Shown in pieces: positions 34,831-40,348 of a DNA stretch of 40,348 nt. Every line of letters starts with the position of its first letter. Position 1 is the first letter of the stretch. The translations under genes were made by a program, and so were the position numbers. The stretch is from Dirinaria sp. TL-2023a (Eukaryota). The stretch covers positions 1-40,348 of the forward strand of contig JAVEBF010000047.1 in the NCBI GenBank assembly GCA_051941275.1. Reading direction: 5' to 3'. Under the pieces are notes generated by a model, which had not been told where the DNA came from, did no database searches, and saw only the letters and a list, made by a program, of their open reading frames with translations.

Positions 34831-35690
34831 CCACTCTACTTCGACAGCGACTGGCTCATCTGTGAATGCCCAAATGAGAATTAGAAGCAAAAACCATCGT
34901 ACCTATCGCTCGTGCAACTCCGATGCCAGCCAACATTAAGCTTTCTAATTCCACAACATGAGAGCGACAACCGAAGTAAGGAACTTCGCCAGCGATGCGC
35001 GTATACTTGGGGTATTCCCGCCAACATTCACCCTCGTAACCCATGGAAGCTCACAATTGGATTACGTAGATCAAGCATGCTTTGTTGTGTGCTGGTAAAA
35101 CGCCGTCATCAAACATGCTTTTACCGAAATTTACTAGGTGCAATCGACGGAGTTCTGCAAAAGCATTACGAATGAACTTCAAGACCAATTTATGAGTAAA
35201 AATCCAAGGAAAGCTTTTCATGTCTCCAGCATACTATCAAAAAGTCAAGACATCAAGATGAATTTGGAGGGTAGACGAGGGTAGAAGGTTGTCTACACCA
35301 GCATCTTCAGACATATACCGAGGTCTGATGAGCTTCGAAGCTCTTAATGTTGAAATTAAAGTTAGCTGTGCGGATGCTATTCGACTTAGCAGCTTGACTA
35401 TTGATATGTCTATACACGGCCACCCTTACCCTTGCGCTACATAGGAGCATTTCCAGTCTTGTGGGCTGGAAATGCGTATGCTCTTGATTTAACCAAAAAA
35501 TAACGGCACCAATGGAAAATAGGCTCAAGACCCCAATAGACAGGTTAATAAGCCTTCCGGTAATACTTGGGATCCAAATTACGAATTCGATCTACAATAA
35601 TCACTAAAGTGTCAATCTCAGAGCTACCATGTCACTCAATAATTTAACATTTTCCAAATGCAACTAACAACATTTAACAGGCTCATTTCC

Positions 35691-37103
35691 TCACTGGCCG
35701 AAAATATTGCGAAGCCAGATTAGCGACTTCTTCCAAAGAAGCTTTGGGATTCCAGTATGAGCGATCATTCCCTTTGGCTGTTCAGTTCGAGTCTCAGTTG
35801 TTTCACATTTTTCAGACTGAGACTCGATCTTCTGTCTCGCCTCCCACTCCTTACGCATCGCTTCCGCGCGGTCGAGCAGATATGGCTGGCCAATTTCGTT
35901 CCTCGCATAAGTCCAAATTCGCCTCAGCCATCGTCCTCGCCCATATGCATCCTCCAGGTACTGCGGAAGAACTGCCGCAGCCTTAGCGTCAAAATGAGCT
36001 TTAAGTGCCGCATCCTCCTCTGAGAGAACAAGAGTTGGGTCATGATCATTGTCGAGGTAGCCAGTGAATTCTTGCGGCTCCATATCCCATATCCATTCTG
36101 GCGCCCTACGTGCTAGTGGTCGAGGGACGCTGAGTGCATCGTCCCAATCGATAATGCCGACAAATTTCCATGTACCGCTGCACTTCTCGACCATTATATT
36201 TCGTGGTTCCAGGTCCCAGTGTTGTAGGACAATAGGATACGGTCCGTCTGAGAAGGATCCTTCCCGATCCATGTCTTCTAACATCTGAAGCAGTGGCCGG
36301 AGTCGCTCGCTTCGGAAAGTTCCATGAACCTCCACATTTGCTTGCTCCAATGCAATGAATCCGTTCAGGTGGCTTACCAGTAAAGCTTTAACGTCTGGAC
36401 CGGTACGATCTTGTACAGATTTTGGATTCTTTACAAATTCTTTCTCACCACCATCAAACATCTTGATTGATGGAGCTGCAGTGGCAAAGAAGTCGTGCAT
36501 GGTATTAGGCAATGGACAAGACGGCGTGAAAGTTCCTGCTGTGGCAAACTTGACTGCTTCAAGCTTTACTAGCAGCTCAACGAACTGATCCACAATTTCG
36601 ATCTTTTCGGAATAATTCAATTCACCGTAGACGTGGTCCAAAGACTGGCCTGGCAACTTTGTCTGCACTGTGAATGGCGCATTCAAGGCGTTATTTGTTG
36701 TCGCGCAGTAGGCCTTGACCCGTGGAACTGGTAGGTTGCCCGCAAGGAATTCCAAGAGAGAAGCGTCATTAAGTATCAATGTGCACCTCTCCTCCGCTTC
36801 TACCACTTCCATATCTGGACAATTGGGCACGCGAAGCACGTACTGTTCTTTTTCGTCCTCCAAGTTCTTCAGGGCGTAGACGCAATTCTGACAACTATAG
36901 CCATGCTGCAGCGGCTCAACACAGAATCCTTCAAGCCCGATTTCGCTGAGAAGCTTTTGAATCTTTGGTAGGTATTCCGTGAAAGGCTCCATATCCGAGT
37001 CATCAGAGCTGTCCGATACCACCGATTTGCTATCAGAGGCGCTGCATTCTTCGTCATCAGACTCCACTTTAAACAGCTCGGCTTCTGAGATGTGTTCTTC
37101 CAT
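35691..37103 (-). CDS. Aminoglycoside-phosphotransferase (APH)/kinase-like protein, ~470 aa
   Basis: YVLRVP, LPVPRV, HWDLEPRNIMV (Brenner-type motif), GIIDWD. First in-frame ATG is at 37103; the track start 37124 is TTG. Confidence 0.88.
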   Translation of the reverse strand: MEEHISEAELFKVESDDEECSASDSKSVVSDSSDDSDMEPFTEYLPKIQKLLSEIGLEGFCVEPLQHGYSCQNCVYALKNLEDEKEQYVLRVPNCPDMEVVEAEERCTLILNDASLLEFLAGNLPVPRVKAYCATTNNALNAPFTVQTKLPGQSLDHVYGELNYSEKIEIVDQFVELLVKLEAVKFATAGTFTPSCPLPNTMHDFFATAAPSIKMFDGGEKEFVKNPKSVQDRTGPDVKALLVSHLNGFIALEQANVEVHGTFRSERLRPLLQMLEDMDREGSFSDGPYPIVLQHWDLEPRNIMVEKCSGTWKFVGIIDWDDALSVPRPLARRAPEWIWDMEPQEFTGYLDNDHDPTLVLSEEDAALKAHFDAKAAAVLPQYLEDAYGRGRWLRRIWTYARNEIGQPYLLDRAEAMRKEWEARQKIESQSEKCETTETRTEQPKGMIAHTGIPKLLWKKSLIWLRNIFGQ

Positions 37104-37677
37104 TGTGATTTCGTCTACTCGCAACGGCTCTGAAGAATGATTGCTATCGTCGATGATGCTAGATTTTCTTTGTGTGCTGTTATGCGCCAGCTCGCGGTAT
37201 AGGTATTCTGGATTACGATGGTTTTGTTCGGTAAGTTGGTTGAGAGGCTGATAATGAGGACTAAGAAAAGCTGGGGTATGTGCATCTTATTTCACGTAAG
37301 AGCATGGCTTTGTTGTGTTGAGGTGTTAACAAACTTGCCACCGATGACCTCTTTGTCACGATAAGCTTAGAAGACTACTTCCTGTGTCTTTGAGCAGTGG
37401 CTTTGTTCTTTGCGCTCAAACGTATGCACAATGACTCATAGGCTTTGTTCCCTCGGTCATGAACTTCCTACTTTGCAACAAGTGCATCATCGCATGAGCT
37501 AGACATTACTGGCTTTCAAGAGCATAAAATATATGTGAATTCATTTTCTCTTTTGCTTTAAAATTTTAGATCATCCTTCAAGAACTTCTGGAGAGCTCGC
37601 CATCATAACACCAAAATCCCTCAAAACTGAAAATATCAACCAAATTTTCCCAAAGAGATACAATCGAAGCGGACATA

Positions 37678-37952
37678 ATGGCCAAAACAAACAAGGGGAG
37701 AGCCACCCACCACTGCCCTAAGGCGAGTAAGGGCAATTGTCGTTTTGCGAAATCGCCTAAAGGTGTACGCTACTGCAAGACCCATGAATATTACTGCAGT
37801 GTTGAAGGCTGCGACGTCGCCCCGCTCCAAGGACAACAATGCTTCAAACATGGTAAGAAGGATCTTCGTGGCGGTTAACGGTCTGTCTCTGACTGCATGA
37901 TCTATACAACCTAGAAGACGGGAGGTTACTTATGGAAGCAGGTAATCCGTAA
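37678..37952 (+). CDS. Small basic Cys/His-rich protein; 3' exon structure uncertain
   Basis: ATG in good context (ATAATGG); HCPKASKGNC...YCKTHEYYCSVEGC...CFKH, then GTAAG donor 37853, CTGAC branch and TAG acceptor 37914. Confidence 0.5.
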
Positions 37953-39364
37953 TAAAAAGTGTGCTAGCCAGCCGAACAGTTCTATTTTTCTTCAGCTCGT
38001 TGCCTAAACTTCCATTTTGCCGCTTTCTTCCTTATGCTCCCTTCTCAACTACTCTCCTTTCCACTGATCCTTCCTTTTCTAATAGTTCCAGGTTGTCTCT
38101 AAATTACAGACCGGGTCATGCTAGAAAGGCGCAAGGCACACAGCAAATTGCAAAAACAAGCGCAGGTTCCGTTACGCTTTCACGCAACAACCGTGAGACG
38201 GTAAGCTCTGGTACAATCAGTGCTATGCTGCGATATGTCAATCTCTGACATATCTCTGTGCTTCCTCTATTATCTCTTCTCTTTGCTCGGTAAAAATCGT
38301 ACCGAAAGAAATAGTCAAAGCAAGCCCCCACGGGCTTCGAGAAGTTGACTGAGAAGACGATGAAAATCTGCAATGTAAAGACTCTTATTCGGAAGTGAAG
38401 TGCGAAATGCAAAGGCACAGAAGAGACAGGCTTAAATCTGCTTCCCTCACCCAGCACGGCATAATACGCGTAAGACCTCGGCGTTATCACAAGAGTCAAA
38501 CTCGCGTCGAACCTCGGTGTCCTGATTACGGATACATTACATGACCTAGAGCCTGCCATGCCTACAAGTACTCCGCATCGCCCAGGCAGCGAACAGTTAT
38601 TCAAAACTCTATACCAGCTCAGACATGCGATTACTTTCATTTTACTCGCACTAATTTAAGATATCACCTGAACACTCTTCGCATGCAGAGCATGAGATTG
38701 CAGGGGCTGGCATATATGAGCATTAAGCCCACGCAAGATATCATGAGAAACTTACAACCTAAGCAATCGTACAGCCCTTACCCAGCAATTCTCAACTTCC
38801 GGGAGCAGAATATCGATTAGCAACTTTATGAACTTACGATTCAATTCTAAACGCAAAGACTAAATATTCACAGAAGCTCTATGGATTACTCTTGAAGCCC
38901 AAATCATTGACCAAAAGTCTCCACATGTAGAGAATCTAATACAAAGTCGCAGCACTACAATTGTGTATTCCACTAAAATCATTGATCAACCACTCAAGCA
39001 CAATAAATGAGTATCACGCTCAGGAATATAGAATACTAAGCAAAGTACTTGCGAGGTTGGCAGCAATCACATAGCTGGTTCGTGTGAAATGACCACACCA
39101 ATTCTCAGAATCACCGATCATGACAGCTCCTACCTCCAACACGCTGTAAGCCTGGACTAACTACACTTCCTGGCCCAAGCGGATTTCTATTCGGTCACTA
39201 ATCACAATTCCAGCTTACGAAATCAAGAAAAGAACGGTCGGACAGAAATGACACAGTCCCCTAAAAAAAACTGGAGTACATCTCTAAGAGTCTGTGGGCT
39301 CGGCCCCTTAAGACCATGTTTTTTTTTTTGGCCTAACGATATAGTACCCGATTTTACAACTGCA

Positions 39365-40348
39365 GACGAACAAAGCAACTCCGAGGATTACGGGCATCAT
39401 CTACTAGAACTCGTTCATGTTCTGCGGCATGATCAGTGGCCTGCGCTTGTGAATGTTGGAAGAGAAGAAGGAGTGACGTTAGAAGATATGAATCATGGAT
39501 TAATCAATTAGATGACAGAAGAAATGACAAGAAACATAGAGGAACGAGACTAACGGAATTGCTGTCTCAGCAGCTTTGAATGGACAGCTTTATTTTGAAT
39601 CGCAGTGTCTGATATAATATTCGAATCTTTGACGACATCAAGATGAAATTTAGCTCACTGTATCAGCAAGCAGAGGCCAAGAACAGAACGCTTTTCTCGA
39701 TTTTACAGCAACTTTCGAACTAATCTTGACGTTCAAGATACTGCGATATCAGATGTCGAGCTACACTATCGTCTGATCTCTTATTCTCATCGCTCATCAA
39801 TGATTGCAGAGCATTTCACAGCATTCGAAAACGAAAATCTTGAAGAAGATGACTGAATTAATGTCAGTCTCATTGACGAAAAGACCCGCAAGTCGATATA
39901 TCAATTTGTTTTTTTCTTCCTCGCAGAGAAGCATCATGTGCGTCGAAAACGACAACAGAGAGTAAGTTAAGCATGAAAATTTTATGTGCCTTCAATATCT
40001 CCATCAGCATATTAAACTTTCTTTTGCAATTATAAAGCTTGACGAAGTCTAATTGTTTAATCAAATTAAATGATCTTTGATTTAACATTGCTCAAAGATA
40101 AGATCTATGAATACTCATTTACAAACAACATCATGTACTATTGACTTTTCGATATACCAATATGCAGAAGATTGTGAGACTATCACGTAAATGATATTTG
40201 TGTATAACATAAATTAAATTTACGTTTCGCGAAAAAGGTGATTTATTCCTTATTTTTATTTATGAAAATGAGTTTCATTCAGAAATATGTTCAACTCATG
40301 TTCATCCTTTCTCAATTTTCGTTTTTCTCTATATTCTTTATATACATC
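39365..40348 (+). pseudogene. AT-rich, transition-mutated relic ORF or repeat edge (RIP-like)
   Basis: GC content falls toward the right edge and GG/CC dinucleotides become scarce. The frame of ORF 39248-39511 continues with long open stretches broken by scattered TGA/TAA. Family not identified. Confidence 0.5.

Noticed and set aside
35691..37103. Spok-like meiotic driver or antibiotic-resistance call for the APH-like gene
   Set aside because: Only a generic APH/kinase fold is visible, with no nuclease or Cys-cluster domains; such proteins are common in fungi.
38116..38640. 174-aa minus-strand ORF
   Set aside because: No recognisable motifs; splice signals favour the plus strand if anything.
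22600..40348. Starship giant transposon carrying the accessory genes
   Set aside because: No DUF3435 captain or element boundary recognised; the recombinase-like fragment is short and Crypton-type.

Overview
Eukaryotic genomic DNA from a filamentous ascomycete (Pezizomycotina). GT-AG introns with CTRAY branch sites and the gene families suggest this; a lichen-forming lineage is plausible but is only inference. Left end: a small metabolic/detoxification group (GTT1-like GST, 4-exon SAM-dependent O-methyltransferase, divergent PTH11-like membrane protein). Next come a C2H2+J-domain protein, a ~1095-aa secreted GPI-type protein, a PIR-like GPI wall protein preceded by a TACGGAGTAC motif cluster, a variant RING protein and an F-box-like protein. 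A decayed tract at 22.6-27 kb holds an LTR-like sequence, a Ty3/gypsy integrase remnant, a Crypton-like tyrosine-recombinase remnant and pseudogenes. Right half: DUF6601-like protein, a spliced permuted papain-like (H...NC) protein missed by the ORF track, a secreted protein, an MPPED-type metallophosphoesterase head-to-head with a pseudogenised partner, an APH-like kinase, a small Cys/His protein, and an AT-rich mutated tract at the right edge. No rRNA, tRNA or CRISPR array was recognised. All family calls come from motif recognition by eye, not database searches.
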